From positions 50,277,107 to 50,341,106 of the forward strand of contig JASCQW010000105.1 of NCBI GenBank assembly GCA_030264375.1: 64,000 bases of DNA, written 5' to 3'. Below, in pieces: positions 13,032 through 26,369 of this stretch. Below the pieces are notes generated by a model. That model saw only the letters and a program-made list of their open reading frames with translations. It ran no database searches and was not told the origin of the DNA. Within the stretch, counting starts at the first letter, position 1. Every line of letters begins with the position of its first letter. Both the position numbers and the translations under genes were made by a program. This DNA comes from Carcharhinus longimanus (lineage: Eukaryota).

Positions 13032-13809
13032 TATTATCTGTTAATATTTACCATAACATTTCAAAATACATTGGATCAGCTCAGACAAAAATCAATAAGC
13101 AATTTGTGCAATTAGAATGCTTCAGTGTTCTTTGTTCTTTTTCACCTCCAATTCTGTGAATATCAGTTTTGGTTATAGAATGTGGTTGGAATTTTATTAC
13201 AAAATGGAAAGTAATTGTTGACTTTTGCAACAAGAAAGAAGCATTTGCATGAGGTTTATTTGTTTTTGAGAACATATCTGTAGATTTAGCAGGTTCTCTT
13301 TAATTTTTTAAAAAAGTTTCCATTCAATTATATGAAATTTAACCAAGTAAATTGAATGCACCAAAATTATTTCTTTTGATTGATTTATGGACAAGTTAGT
13401 AAAATGAGAAAGTGACACATGGATGATTAGGACAGCATTTGCAAAGAGGACTGATAAATCAGCTTGGTCAAAAGGCTAGGATTTATGTCGAAACAGTTTG
13501 TCTGTGCAGCCTGTTGCCTGGTTTGCTGAGAACTGCATGCATATTCAGATATTTGTTTTGGATTGTCAGCAGTTTTTTGCTAACAAAGTAAGACTAGATT
13601 CCTTGTAGATGTTTTGTGCTACTTTTTTATTAGAATTGTTTTGGGGAAAATAAACTTTGTTCAAGTATTTTCAAGCTTAGAAAAAATATTTTAAGGATCT
13701 CTGACAATGAAAATTGGAAAAATGTTTTGACTGCTAAATAAAAACAGATAAATTTGTATCATTCAAATTAATACCTGTTCTTTCATTCATAACCCTTTAT
13801 TTGATAATT

Positions 13810-14111
13810 AAGTTTATTTGTTAGTGTTACAAGTAGGCTTACAGTAACACTGCAATGAAGTTACTGTGAAAATTCCCTAGTTGCCACAGTCGGCAACTGT
13901 TCAGGTGTACTGGGGAAGAATTTAACATGGCCAGTGCACATAACCAGCACGTCTTTCAGAATGTGGGAGGAAACTGGAGCACCCAGAGGAAACCCACACA
14001 GACAGAGGGAGAAAGTGCAGACTCCGCACAGATAGTTACTGAAGCTGGGGATCAAACCCACGTTCCTGGGGCTGTGAGGTAGCAGTACTAACAACTGTGC
14101 CACCATGCTGC
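13810..14111 (-). mobile_element. V-SINE with alternative tail (type B)
   Basis: HE1 head and core, but the tail reads cacagtaacttcattgcagtgttactgtaagcctacttgtaacactaacaaataaactt on the minus strand. Confidence 0.93.
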
Positions 14112-14829
14112 TCGTAATAATGTTGCATGTCAGAAATTTACAGCCGACCATTATTCTATATCTTACCTATCAATACAGGGCATTGAAAATAAGTAGGCTG
14201 CAATTTTCCAGCTGTCTTGAATATTGGGCTGGATTTTTCAGTAAGAAATGAATCAACAGCTCTTGTTGCTGACCCAAAAGACCTCCTGATCTTTGGCACA
14301 GATATCCATCTCCTTTCCTGATAGGATTTTGAATTTAGTGCCAAGTTAAGGGAGTCTCCAGATTTCCAGTAAGTCATCAAGCCAATCACATTGAAAGTTC
14401 TCATCAACAGCAGACCAAGTTTATGTTTATTTTTAATGGTATTTTGCAGAATGAGATAAATGCACATGGGATTAAGATAGAAAATGAAATATCATAATCT
14501 TTTAAAAATATATATTTTAAAATTGGACTTTCTTATCATAATGGAATAATTTGGCATTTAGTAAAAATAAAATTAGTTTTTAAGGCCAGTGAAGCTGTCT
14601 GGCAATAATTATGGACCTAATGTACCATTCAAAACCCAGCTCAGGGTTTAACTTTTTTAAGAATTTTTACAGCAATATGCAACATTAACAGTGCAGGTTT
14701 TCATCAGTTCATGGATTTCCAGTTGATTTCAGGAGGTCCTCAACAGTGAAGAATTGTTGACAGGAACCTCATATGCACATTTAACTCTGCATAAGAGGAC
14801 ATCAGAAGAGGCTAAAAGCAAATTGCAAA

Positions 14830-14962
14830 AAGAAAAAAGCATGTGGATGCTGGAATTTGAAATCAAAAGCAAAAATGCTGGAAAATCTCAGCAGGTCTGG
14901 CAGCACCTGTCAGGGGAGAAAAAAGCTGACATTTCAAGGCCAGGTGACCCTTTGTCAAAGCT
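14830..14962. mobile_element. Penelope-like terminal fragment
   Basis: tgtggatgctggaatttgaaatcaaaagcaaaaatgctggaaaatctcagcaggtctggcagcacctgt, same family as 3626 and 26808. Confidence 0.8.
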
Positions 14963-15065
14963 GTCAGAAGTTGCTATTGTTTCAGAGGAATACTGACTGC
15001 AATCACTGATAGCTTTGTTATCATTATTGCCATATGATCAGGGCCATTATGTTGTCACAGACATT

Positions 15066-15191
15066 TGTTGGAATTTTACCGGCATGCCCGCTCGAGGCTC
15101 GTAAGATTGCGCCTGAGGCCAACAGAAAATACCGTTCTGCGAGCCTCACCCACCCCGATTTTGGGGCGAGCATCCTGGTAAAATCAGGGCC
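15066..15191. mobile_element. ~125 bp MITE (Harbinger-type)
   Basis: Imperfect TIRs (ggaattttacc / ggtaaaatcagggcc); homologous to 39051-39170. Confidence 0.75.
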
Positions 15192-15838
15192 CTTTTTTTT
15201 TCAATATATTATTGTAAGCAGAGTTTTTTTTTCCTATAGGTTGTGTTGATTATCTCAGCATCTTTTCTTGACGGGATTTTTTAAAGGAGAAGTTTAAAAC
15301 CTGATACAATAACAGTAAAGCAATTTCTGTAAATTTGTCCCTGATTATACTGTAGCATTCTTGATAAATGATGCATTCAAACAATTTATTAATAAAATGC
15401 ACTGCAAAGGTCTGTGCCCATGTACACGAATGATAATGGAGAAGCTCTTTGTGGGCAGCCCTAACTTTCTTTCCCATCAAGCTCATACCTTTACTGCATC
15501 AATCGCTGTGAACTTCGAGATCCTGCACAGTTTGGTTTCTTTATTATTGTTAACTGAGCGCTGTTTACAGGGCTTAAAACCCCAAGACTCCAAATAAATG
15601 AGTTTCAGACTGTGTGATAAGAAGATTTTTAAAAATCTTTTCCTTGGAGGTGGTATCACATGTGGCCCTCTAGTAATTGCAACATTTCATCTTTTAAAAA
15701 AAGATGTTAGCAAACAGATATAAATTATTTGATAAAATGTGCACATTCTGGTTAACATGTTTACAGAGAAGAATCGAACACGGTTTTAGTTACCTGAAAT
15801 TGTTTTTTTTTTACACACACATCCTGTTAAAAGCCTAT

Positions 15839-15965
15839 GGGTGGGATTTGCTGACCGCGCTCACCCCAAAACCAGAAATTCCTGTCCAAGGTCAATAGAC
15901 CATCGGATAGTCTACCCCCTGCCCTCTATGATTACCGTGACGGGCAGGATGGAAAAATTTCCTCC
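15839..15965. mobile_element. ~127 bp MITE with TAT target-site duplication
   Basis: gggtgggattt...aaatttcctcc, with TAT at 15836-15838 and 15966-15968. Confidence 0.8.
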
Positions 15966-16517
15966 TATGGGTGAGGTTTCCTTGTGGAATTATGTTAGGA
16001 AGTGTTGTGACTCCAGCAGAAATAGGTAAAACATCCAGCAAGACACAAACGTCAAGATGCACCATTCAATTCACTCTCTGCCATTTGTACCTCAGCAATG
16101 CTAAGAAGATCATGGTCATAGGATTATGATGGGGCTACTTGATTACTTTAAGTTAAAGGGCTGCCTGAGCTGACCAATTAGTTCTGTCACTTGAGCGGAA
16201 TAGGATAAATTTGATTTTGAACCTTAAGACGTCAGTTCAATACCTGCTTCAGTAATTCTGTATTTCTCTTTCACTCCTGAACTGAAGTGGGAATTCTTCC
16301 AAATGCCTATTAAATTCCAATGACTTCAGATAAAACGGCCAGAGGTACAGATGGGCAAGATCTTTGCCCTGCTTAAATTGAGAGAGAATTCTGTCATAGC
16401 AGACTTTCTGCTCCATATAAGTCTTGGTGCAATTTATGTTCTTTAAATAATCTCACAGCAGGTAATTAATTGTTTTAGCAGAAAGATTTTATCAAAACTG
16501 TAATTGTTTAACCACCA

Positions 16518-16870
16518 GTAGCTCAGTTGCTCATTGCACTGCTCATTGTGGAACTGAGTGATACAAGCAAGGAAGCGTGCATGTTTTATATCTCACCTGT
16601 GTTCAGTTATTTAAACCTTGATACAGACGGAGTAGGTGCTAAAGTTGGTCTCAATGGTCCTGGGCTAAGGAAGGGATAATTTAATAAGGCAGCTACGTAT
16701 AATTGCTGTTCACTGATTACAGCCAGTAAAAGTACTTGAGTGGTTAGAACAGGAACAGGTTGTTTGGTGAGATTTTTGTGCATATGCCTAAATAGCCTGT
16801 CAACATTCACAGATGTAGCTTTTATATGGACAGGAAAGGGGTTCATTTGAACAGAAGTATTTTTTCCTCT
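16518..16870 (+). mobile_element. Old tRNA-derived SINE (non-HE1)
   Basis: A-box-like tagctcagttg head; body (ttggtctcaatggtcctgggctaaggaaggg...aaatagcctgtcaacattcac) resembles a recalled shark SINE. Confidence 0.55.
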
Positions 16871-16983
16871 CAACAGCCATCCAGAAACAGAAAGGTAGTT
16901 TGATTTGCTTTCCCCTTTATAAGCAGTGGTGTATTTCTCAACCCCACAGTTTTGGATGTGAATACATTTCTATTAATAGCTCA

Positions 16984-17276
16984 GGGTGGCATGGAGGTAC
17001 AGTGGTTAGCACTGCTACCTCACAGTGCCAGGGACCCGGGTTCAATTCCCAGCTTGGGTCACCGTCTGTGCGGAGTCTGCATGTTCATCTTGTGTCTGCA
17101 TGGCTTTCCTCTGGGTACTCCTGTTTCCCCCTGAAAAACATGCTGGTTAGGAGCACGCTAAATTCTCTTTCAGTGTACATGAATAGGTGCCGGAGTGTGG
17201 TGAGCGGGGAATTTTCACAGTAACTCCTTTTGCAGTGTTAATGTAAGCATTACTTGTGACACTAATAAACTTTAAA
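16984..17276 (+). mobile_element. V-SINE with alternative tail (type B)
   Basis: agtggttagcactgctacctcacagtgccagggacccgggttcaattcc head; tail gggaattttcacagtaac...tgtgacactaataaacttt. Confidence 0.95.
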
Positions 17277-19280
17277 TGAATGAACGTTAAAATAAACTTG
17301 AGATGGGATGAACTCAGAGTTAGTTTATTTGCGCACACTCAAATCATGAGGGGGATTGCAATGTTGTCCCCTGTGCAATCGTACAGTAAAAAAAGGATAG
17401 AGTAAATAGAAATAGAGAATTTACAGTGCAGAGACCATAGGGAAAAAAATTGTTTCATATGGGTCCAGAATTCAGAATCAACGTCCTCCCTTCACAGAGG
17501 TTGACAAGCTAAAAAAACTGTTGCTGTATAATTCACTTTTCAAGCTCAGTTAACTTTACACAATGAAATTGGCACTTGGAGATGAATGGTCTTGTAGGTG
17601 ATGGTATCGATGTTTGAGTAGAGTCAGTCACTTTTCTATAATGCTGCTAGTTAGATGGTAAAACGGAAGACTGAAATACAGTACAGCAAGGCAATAATAC
17701 TGGTTACTCAAGTTAGACATCCATGTCACATGACAAGGGAAGAGATTTATTGTTGCATTTGAGTTTTTTTAACCAAACTGACGAGGTTAAGATTTGGCAA
17801 AAAGCTTTTAGGAATGTTTCAAGTTGGCCTTTGTAGTTTACAAACCATCAATTAATCACTTCAGTGGGATACAACATTGTTGTATAAATGAAGTAGAAAA
17901 AATCTGACTGCTGAAGAAATTAATGTACTGTATGGTAAAACATCATGTTGCATAGTTAGTAGAAATATTCTTAGCTTTTGTTCTTTCACCCTTAAAATAC
18001 TAAAGGTTAGTAGGAAATATAAATCCTCTGGATAGATTAAAATGCCAGGCCATAATGTTTACACTCAGTGGTACAGAGGAATATTTACCATCAGTAGTTA
18101 TAAGAATCTGAGGTTACCCGTTCAGATAGTCTTTTGCTCTATTTTCCTTTCACTGTAATAAAAGACTAAAAGTTTGTTTGTTTAAACACTATCTTTATGG
18201 ACAATGTTTATTTTTTAGCACAACCCAAAGCACTTTTAATTAGTTTTGCTTTAAGTAGACATTCAATTCCCCCAAATCCAGTCCAAAGTGTTTCTTAGCT
18301 TCTAAGGATTTACTTGTGTTCTTTTTCTGTCTGATCTTGGAAATTGTAATCTCAGGATTCATTTACAGTGAGGATTTTTCCTGAAGATTCCTTGTTGAGC
18401 ACAAGCTAGCAAAATCATTTAGCCTCATTTTAACTCTTGATTAATTTTCTCTTTTCAATCCAAATGCACATTTCCACCCACATGACGAAGTGGCGAACCA
18501 GAAATCTTGCTGCTTATAATTGCTGTCTTCCCAGATGCTGGCAGATGAACTTTTGTGAGAGTTATCTGCGATACCTTAGACCCTTCTCCTTTCAATGTCC
18601 ATCTCCATAGCAACATAAATCACATGGGCACTTTATTTCAGCAGAGATGCTGAATAGCTCTCCTTGAGGTAAAACTTCCTTTTATCTTGGCTGTAAATAG
18701 ACATTTTAAAGAACAGCTGTTTGCAATCCAACACTCTCAACATTTTTGGCAGTTTGGATTCTATCAATCTGTCCATTGTTAACGCACAGATTCCAAGTGT
18801 AAACACCTTCTTCCCAGTAAAAGAATCTGGGCCCCCTTTAATCCCTATCGAAACAACCGCACTGGCTTGTTGCCAGGCAGACTTCAGAACAGGTTACATG
18901 GCCCCCTTTCATTTTACCTTGAATTAAAGACAGTTCCAAAACATAAAAATCTGATAAATCTCATTTGTAACACAATGTCAATGAAGTTAAACTTCACAGA
19001 ACATATCCATACACACGTCTTGATCTTCTCTTCTGTGTTATAATCTTTGAGCATAGTTTCATGTTATTTATTCTATTAAAAATGCATCAAAATAAATCAT
19101 AGAAATAGTGGGATTTCTGATTTTTCTTGAAGGTGTTTGAAAACATAGTCAGTTTCCAATATAATTTCAGTGAGGCACTCAACTGATTAGCCTTCCTAGA
19201 TGCAAATGACAGAGCTTTCAATGGCTGCTATTGTTTTCATGAATATTTTACTGCAAAAATATATCCCCCTTAGAAATTGA

Positions 19281-19455
19281 GTGTCCACTTGGAAAATGAA
19301 GCCTACAGATACAATAACATTACTGAAAGTTGCTAGGCAGGTTAATCAGGACATTAAAAAAGCCAAACAAGCCACTGGGATTAATTTCTGGAAGGATATT
19401 ATAATTAAGGTACAAGGAAAAAGAGTGGTAGGTGGGTGCCAAATTAATGACTTTA
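19281..19455 (+). mobile_element. CR1 ORF2 C-terminal fragment
   Basis: ORF 'LKVARQVNQDIKKAKQATG' matches the CR1 'LKVA.QV..A.KKAN..LG' motif. Confidence 0.65.
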
Positions 19456-19970
19456 GAATTACATAGTTACATGGTATTTACAGCATAGAGATAGGCCATT
19501 CAACCATTATGCTTTTGTTCATGCTCCATGTGAATATTTTCCCCTTCTCCTTCTTCTAACTTCATTAGCATATGCTTCTGTCCCTTTCTGCCTTGTCTTT
19601 ATCTAACTCCCTATTTAAATGCATCTTTGCTTGTTGCCTCAACTGTTCTTAGAATGGTGAGTTCACATTATAATCATTATCTGAGTGCAGGTCTTTCTCC
19701 TGAATTCCATGCTGTGTTTATTAGTAATGAGTATAGGGTCTAATTTTATTCTTAACTGTAAGTGGGAATAGCATCTTTGCATATATCCTTTTAAATCCTT
19801 ACGTAACGCTAAGGACTTTGATCAGATCTCTCTCTTCAGTCTTCTCATTTCAAGAGAAAAGAGATCCAGCTTGTTCAGCCTGAATCTATCATTCCATTAA
19901 ATCACTCTAGAAATGTTTCCAGTGTCTCAAATGCTTTTCATAAGATCGTGACCACAACTGTTTACAGATG

Positions 19971-20908
19971 TGGGGGCTTAACTTCCTTGGAGTAGCAACC
20001 AGGGTTGGGTGGCCACTCCATGCCCACTTACTTGCATGATTTTTTTTTCCCGGCCTGTCTTGCCCAATTTTCTAACTCAGGTTGGGTGAGATCCAGGCAG
20101 TGTAGCTGTCTCCGGAAGTCAGTGTTTGATTTGATTTATTATTGTCACATGTATTAACATATAGTGAAAAGTTACATCCAGCAGAGTGAGACTGAAGGAG
20201 AGTATGCCCTTTATTTTAACAACACTAGCTGTTGTAAATTAGGTACATTGAATTGTCCACTGAAATTGACAGATTAAGGAGAAGGTAAGTGCCCAAGATG
20301 AGTGGATAAGACGGCAGAGGTGGAAGGGATTGAAGGTCAGGAAACATTGGTGAGAGGCAGTGGTGGCTCATCAGGTCATTGGGATCAGGGTAAGCGCAAG
20401 CCTTGTGGGAGAGGGAGGTGCTCAGGTTAGGTCAGGGAGAATACAGTGGAGAGTTGGTTGGTGAAGTGGGGAGGAGTCCCATGAGATGGGGTAGGTCATT
20501 CCTCAGTTGTCTGTGGGAGTTCCAAGGGAGTGGGATAGTTGGGGCTGAAGGAGGAGTCCTGTGGCATTGTATTTAATGGTGGATATGTCTGCCCCTTGCG
20601 GGTGTCAGGGGGTTGGAGGTTTGGTCATCCTAGGTCTTTATGATAGTTACCCGGAACATAAAAGAGGTTTTAATTTTAACCTTTCCTGGGTAACTGTTTG
20701 TGCCACACAGCTGGAACCATCCATAGCCTGTGATTTAAATTGTGTTTTAAATCGTGTTTTCATAGGAGTCCTGCTTCACAGCAATTGCCCAGAAGAAGTT
20801 TGTACTTTTGCTCAATTGTTATCCTATCCTTTGAACCTCTGAGAGGGAATCCCCAGCGTATCTTTGGAGTACCTTCCAAATCCGATGCTGGGGAGCTCAG
20901 ACATTACA
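19971..20908. mobile_element. Non-autonomous DNA-transposon-like insert with G-rich centre
   Basis: Interrupts the CR1, starts ggggcttaacttcc and has a G-rich core like other long MITEs here; contains a short LINE tail at 20125-20171. Confidence 0.5.
20125..20171 (-). mobile_element. Isolated LINE 3' tail (Rex1/Babar-like)
   Basis: Minus strand cttttcactatatgttaatacatgtgacaataataaatcaaatcaaa, ending in (aaatc)n. Confidence 0.6.
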
Positions 20909-21399
20909 GGTGGTCCAACCAAAGCTCTGTGTATTCAGTGCAAGTTTTGCTTTTGAATTCAATCCTTCTAGAATTAAATCCCAGTGGTTTTTAGTTTTTT
21001 TTTAATGGCCTTATTAAGCTGCCTTACTACTTTTAATAACTTCTTTTTTGTAACTGTATGACTTAATTTTCCAAACAAATACTCAATTTTTGAGGAAGAT
21101 ATATTTGTGCAGTAAAATATTCACCAAAACAAGAGGAGCAGTTCAGAGCTTTGTCATTTGTATCCTTTACATGTTAATTTAATTTTGTTTCCCATGAGTA
21201 AGTGTTTGTGCCTGAACTCGGCAAAGAATTTAAACATTTTAAATCAATAGCAGTAAGACAAGTTATTTGAGTAAAAGCAATGTGCGTGGCAACTCCATAG
21301 GGTTTAACCATGAAATAATGTTGGGGGAGGCTGGATCTTTTGCCCTATCATCTCAGGTTCAAACAGCAGTAAAGGAAAGTTGAAACATAAACTTGTTGA

Positions 21400-22305
21400 A
21401 TCAGTGACAGTGAGTAACCAGCGAGGGAGAGGGCCAATTAAAACTGTGTAGCTGGGGAAGATACCAATTCAATTCTTGCCCCAGTCTGGCCAACTGCAAT
21501 TTGAAACTGCGGGCATTAAATCCACCCATGATGTAGGTATGACCCCTCCAGCAGGTAGAGCGTACTGGGAACAGCAATCACAGCTGGAAAACTAAGGGGA
21601 TTTAAATTGTGCTTATTTATTTTTCTGCTTCCTTGTGGCCCAGCCAGAGGAATAATGGTTACTTGCCTGGTGGGTTTTCCTCTCCTCTAATCACTGTTGT
21701 CTTTCTTGAGATTGATTTGATTGCTGGAGAGTACGGGAGGAATCTTGTGCACTTCTAAGAAGTAATCCCAGATTAGGATTGTTTCCAGACCCTGACCCCG
21801 AACTGGCATGTCCATCTAGGAGATCTGTATGGAGACGGCCAATCAAAGCAGAAGGTCTGCCATCCAATTAAAGATGGAAGGCAGGACTTTGAAAGGGCAA
21901 CAGGAGCATAGCAAGGGGTAGGCGCTTCCAATCTCAGCATGGCAACACATGCACCTCCACCTTGAGATGTCCTTTATTAAAATAAATAGTGGATACAACT
22001 GCCAGATCACCTCTCTGAAGGGGAAACCCCTTCTCAGGCTGATCAGCAGCAGCAGCTAGAACCCATTAATTCATGCAGCTCCGGTAAGGGGTTTGTTTAG
22101 GAGCCATCGCAGAACCTCCAGGCACCTGGTGGGCTTAGTCCTCAGCTGGGACCCATTGGGATTTGGGATGATCCCAGTGGTAGCTTTGATCAATCCTCAA
22201 ATGGACAATTCATTCTGCAGATTGGCCACCCACTGCCTCCAGCTCAGTAGCCTCTGGAACTTTTGAGCTTCCACCTGGCAGCACTTTTGGGAGAATCGCC
22301 CCCCT
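21400..22305. mobile_element. Long degenerate MITE-like element
   Basis: GC-richer block ending ggagaatcgccccc, a terminus like other GGG...CCC elements in the window. Confidence 0.45.
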
Positions 22306-23544
22306 GAGGGTGTATGAGGAGCATTGACATGGGACAAAGTCAATAAATTCCCTCAGCTAGGAAAGGCTCTCTGTCTTAGTTTCGACTTCATCAACCAGTT
22401 TTAATCCTGTCAAACAAGTATGAACAATGCTGTTGATTTTTTAAATGTATAAACCTTTAATTTCAGTTCCTATCTGTAAATCCCTTAGACATCACAGCTC
22501 TGACACTGAAGAATATTCTGAAACTTCGTGGAATTCTGAGTTTAAGGGCAATTTCATGACTCTTCTCAATCCTTTTCACTTTTTTTCTGCATAATTAAAT
22601 TGTCAAATAAAGCATGAATGGACAAGATTATTCAGTCACAAGGTACAATTTAGAATTTGTTTCCACGTTTCATAGCAAGTGTTCTTTGACATTTATGTAA
22701 AGAAATTGTAAATGCATCATGTTTTGTCCTGTAATTACCCAAATTAGCAAGCCATTCTGAATAAGTTCTTCCTATACGTGTAGGTAAAAGTGCATTTGTT
22801 TGAAATTGTGGATTAAATATTGAATTATATTGACGAAAAGAATGTTACTATTCTGCTTGTCCCAACTCACTGCGACTGATTCTCGTAAGCACTACAAGGC
22901 CAGCATGTTTACAAATGACAAGTTGATAAATGTTTCTCCTTGAAATAATCTTTTCAACCCTGATATCTGTTTACTTGCTACGAAGCTGGCACATTGGGAA
23001 ACGTTTGGATTTGGTTGATTCTTTTAAGACAGCAATGGGCATAAATCCAAGTGCTCCATTAGTAAGATATTAAAAAAACAAATGCAAAGCTCTGATCAGG
23101 ACAAAACAACTCAATCAAATAACGTGAATGCGGTTTTCTTACTGTCAGATCAGCCACATGGTAGAATTTCAAGAATTATATTCCTATTCGTATTTGCTAC
23201 ATTTATTTTCAAAAGCTTTGTTTTAACTCTGCATTTGCTGCTGTACCATCTTCTTTATTATTATACCTTATGAAGAAACCAAACTTCGACATGACTTGAC
23301 TTGTATACTTAGGCAATTGCAATACCACAAAAATCAAATTATTGTTCTTAACTAGCATCTAATGGCAAAAAAACTGCAAATACATTTAAATCTACTTATA
23401 TTGAAATATTTTTACTGCTTTCCTTCACCTTTTTCGTGTATAAAATTGTGCCTTCAAGTCTGATTCTAATGTTTACTGCTTTATTATGCAGGTTGTGGGA
23501 ATATTAATAACTCATAATTATAACAGCTCCAAGTTAAGAGTGCT

Positions 23545-23895
23545 CAATGCCATCGGTAACTCTGTCACTTTTGAACCAGAAGGTTGTAGGATCAAGTCTT
23601 AATCCAAGACTTGAACACCATAATCTGGGTTGTCATTTTAGTCGAGCAAAGGTATGTTTTAATTATTAGAAGTATGCTATCTTCAACTGAGACATTTAAG
23701 GCTCTAACTTTCTATTCAAGTGAATGTAAAATATTTTATGGTACTACCTGAAGAAGAACAGCGAAATTTCCTGCCACAGCTATCATCACCAATAGCAGAT
23801 TCACTTTTTGCCTATTTTGTTATTGGTGTGTCAGGAATTTGGTCTTGCAAAAATTACGTTACAATCACAAAGAGTCTGATAACTTTTCAAGAATT
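23545..23895 (+). mobile_element. Deu-domain SINE (SacSINE1-like), degenerate
   Basis: ccagaaggttgtaggatcaagtcttaatccaagacttgaacac head; Deu core caagtgaatgtaaaatattttatggtactacctgaagaagaacag. Confidence 0.75.
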
Positions 23896-25120
23896 TCAAA
23901 GTTCCAGTTAATATCTCAAAGAAAGACTCGTCAAGATTTGCTTACTGAAACAAATGACTGGAAACTAAACACAACCTTTGTGGGCTACGTATACTTTAAA
24001 CTACAGAATGGAATACCTCCTCCTTATTCCTACCTGAAACTGATTCTTAGCTCCCGAGGGTTTATTCCTAGTTTCTTTTTGCTTAGATTGGTAACTTGCA
24101 ATCTTAGAAATGTCTTCCACAGTGAAGTTTTATTTTCCTGGAGCCTCTCCCTCTGGCCCAAGCTAAGCATCTCTTACAGTCTCATTTTAACTTGCCACAA
24201 ATTGGCGAGTTAAAATGAGGCTGGAGTATGATTTTTCCAATTGTATTCCTACACAGCAAATCACAGAGACGTTTTTGGCCTCTCACTGCTCCCCTGCTCC
24301 CAGATTCCAGGCAGATTCAAACATTGTGATATGCAGTGATTTACTAAGAAAGCCTGTACCCTGATGTTTCCAATGACTTCCTTGGCATCCTTCCACATGG
24401 CAACTTGAATCACATGGATCTTGTACTAGGTAGGAATGTTAATTAGCTATCCTTGAGCACCAACTCTCTTTAATCTTGAAAATAAATGAACAGTTCAAAG
24501 CACAACTGTTTACAACCTGAAGTTTTCAAAACTTTTCTGGGATTTGGGAGTGTCACATATCTATCCATTGTTAGCATACAGGCTGCTGCCATTGTCTCCA
24601 AGTGTGAACGCTGTGCACCTTCGTCCCATTAAAACAGTGTAAGTCTTCCTTTAAGGTCTAACAATCAAGTCAGCCTATTTTATTTCTGAGCAGAAGTCAG
24701 AATAGGTCACATGATGCCCTTTATTTAAACTCTAAACATCAAGACGCAGTCCCAAACCACAACTCCACAAACTTTATAACTGGAACCCATATTGCTCCAT
24801 AGCCACTCCATTAAAACAAAAGACAGAACAATCCTCAATGATCATCTGGATTTGGGTAGAAGTCAAATTTTGACTTTTAACTTTGTGGGCTGACTTCAGG
24901 TAATTGATAAAAGGACATTTCAAACCAATTTTTTGTTACTGGATTCAGCAAACCCCAAAGTCAGTGAAGATGTTTTCAAAGGCTTACCCTATATTGGGAT
25001 CCATCTGAAGAAAGGAGGAACAGTTGAGGCCTAATCATCAATCTTCTATATGATTAAAAACATAGCGTGAGGCACAGTTAGTCAGCACTCAAGCTGAATC
25101 TTCATATTCTATGATCCTGT

Positions 25121-25240
25121 GGCTGGAATTTTACCATCCCGCCCTCCACAAGAATCGGAGCAGGTGGACCATGGAAAGATCTGTTGATCTTGGGTAGGAT
25201 TTTATGGTTTCAGGACAAACGAGGCCATAACATCTCTCCC
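25121..25240. mobile_element. ~120 bp MITE, reverse orientation to 39051-39170
   Basis: Aligns to the reverse complement of 39051-39170 (aagatctgttgatcttgggtaggatttt vs aagatccattgatcttgggtgggatttt). Confidence 0.85.
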
Positions 25241-25597
25241 ACTGGCTCTATTTTCTGGTTCTATGAGGCAAGGGTTGACATCATTATATGTGGTACAAAT
25301 ATATTGAATTCTTGTAGTGAAGCTTCACGCACCAGTTCACCTATTTGTGGTACTCAATGCTATAATGCAATGGTGTAAACAACTATCAAACTGTAAATTA
25401 TATAGTTACTTTCTTTGTGGTGTTGTTGGGAGCAACTATTTTAACATAATAATCCTGATAGCTCAGTGAAATAGGTCCAGGACATCCAGCATTCCCAGTA
25501 CTACAGGAATCAAATTAATGAAAGTTCTCTCCTGGTTACAGTTCCATCAGTAATGGTACATTGTGATGTACTCAAGAGGAGGACTTGTGGCTCCCCT

Positions 25598-25870
25598 CGG
25601 TGGCACAGTAGTTAGCACTGCTGCCTCACAGGGTCCCAGGTTCAATTCCTGGCTTGGGTCACAGTCTGTGTGGTGCTTGCATGTTCTCCCCGTCTCTGTG
25701 TGGATTTCCTCTGGATTCTTTGGTTTCCTCCCACATTCTGAANNNNNNNNNNNNNGTTAGGTGTATTGACCCGAACAGGCGCCAGTGTGTGGCGACTTGG
25801 GGAATTCCACAGTAATTTCATTGCAGTGTTAATGTAAGCCTTACTTGTGACTAATAAATAAACTTTAACT
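25598..25870 (+). mobile_element. V-SINE with alternative tail (type B)
   Basis: cggtggcacagtagttagcactgctgcctcacag head; tail cacagtaatttcattgcagtgttaatgtaagccttacttgtgactaataaataaacttt. Confidence 0.95.
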
Positions 25871-26369
25871 CTTTCTTCTCTCCTTGTTTGAATGCAACAG
25901 GTTTTGTGGATGGGTACATGCCAATGTCCATGAAAGGCACAATCCTTCTGTTTCGAAAAAGAGGATAACTTTTATTGTACTTAACCCAGTCTAAGTAAAA
26001 TAATAAAAAAATGCTTTGCCCCCAAGTACACATATACAAACAAATGGTTTACAGAGCTGGGATGACAGATTAAGTACTTCAGAGTCCAGTAAAATTAAAT
26101 GCTTATATGGCTTTGTGAATGTTGGTGACTCAGCAGGCTTCAGGTCGAGCTCAGTTGTCCAGCTGTTTTTGCTCTGTGGTCCTGTCACTTTCAATGTTGA
26201 GGCAGCTTAAAGCTGTAGGCGGACAATCTGTATGTTCCCCTGAAGACAGCGGTACTGGGTTGAGTTATTATTCAAAATCTCTGTCTGCAGCACCTGGATA
26301 GTCAAAATTAGCAGACTGTGTTTAAAACTTGCAAGCTGGGTGGAAAGAGAGAGGGAAGGAACCCAATCA

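Larger units (their letters stand above)
19460..21045 (-). mobile_element. CR1 3' fragment interrupted by a ~0.94 kb insertion (19971-20908)
   Basis: tacatagttacat tail and ataggccattcaacc; homologous to 34691-35340; resumes at tggtccaaccaaagctctgt. Confidence 0.8.

Noticed and set aside
18575-18690. Possible minus-strand coding exon with a good acceptor
   Set aside because: Stop codons occur in all three frames.
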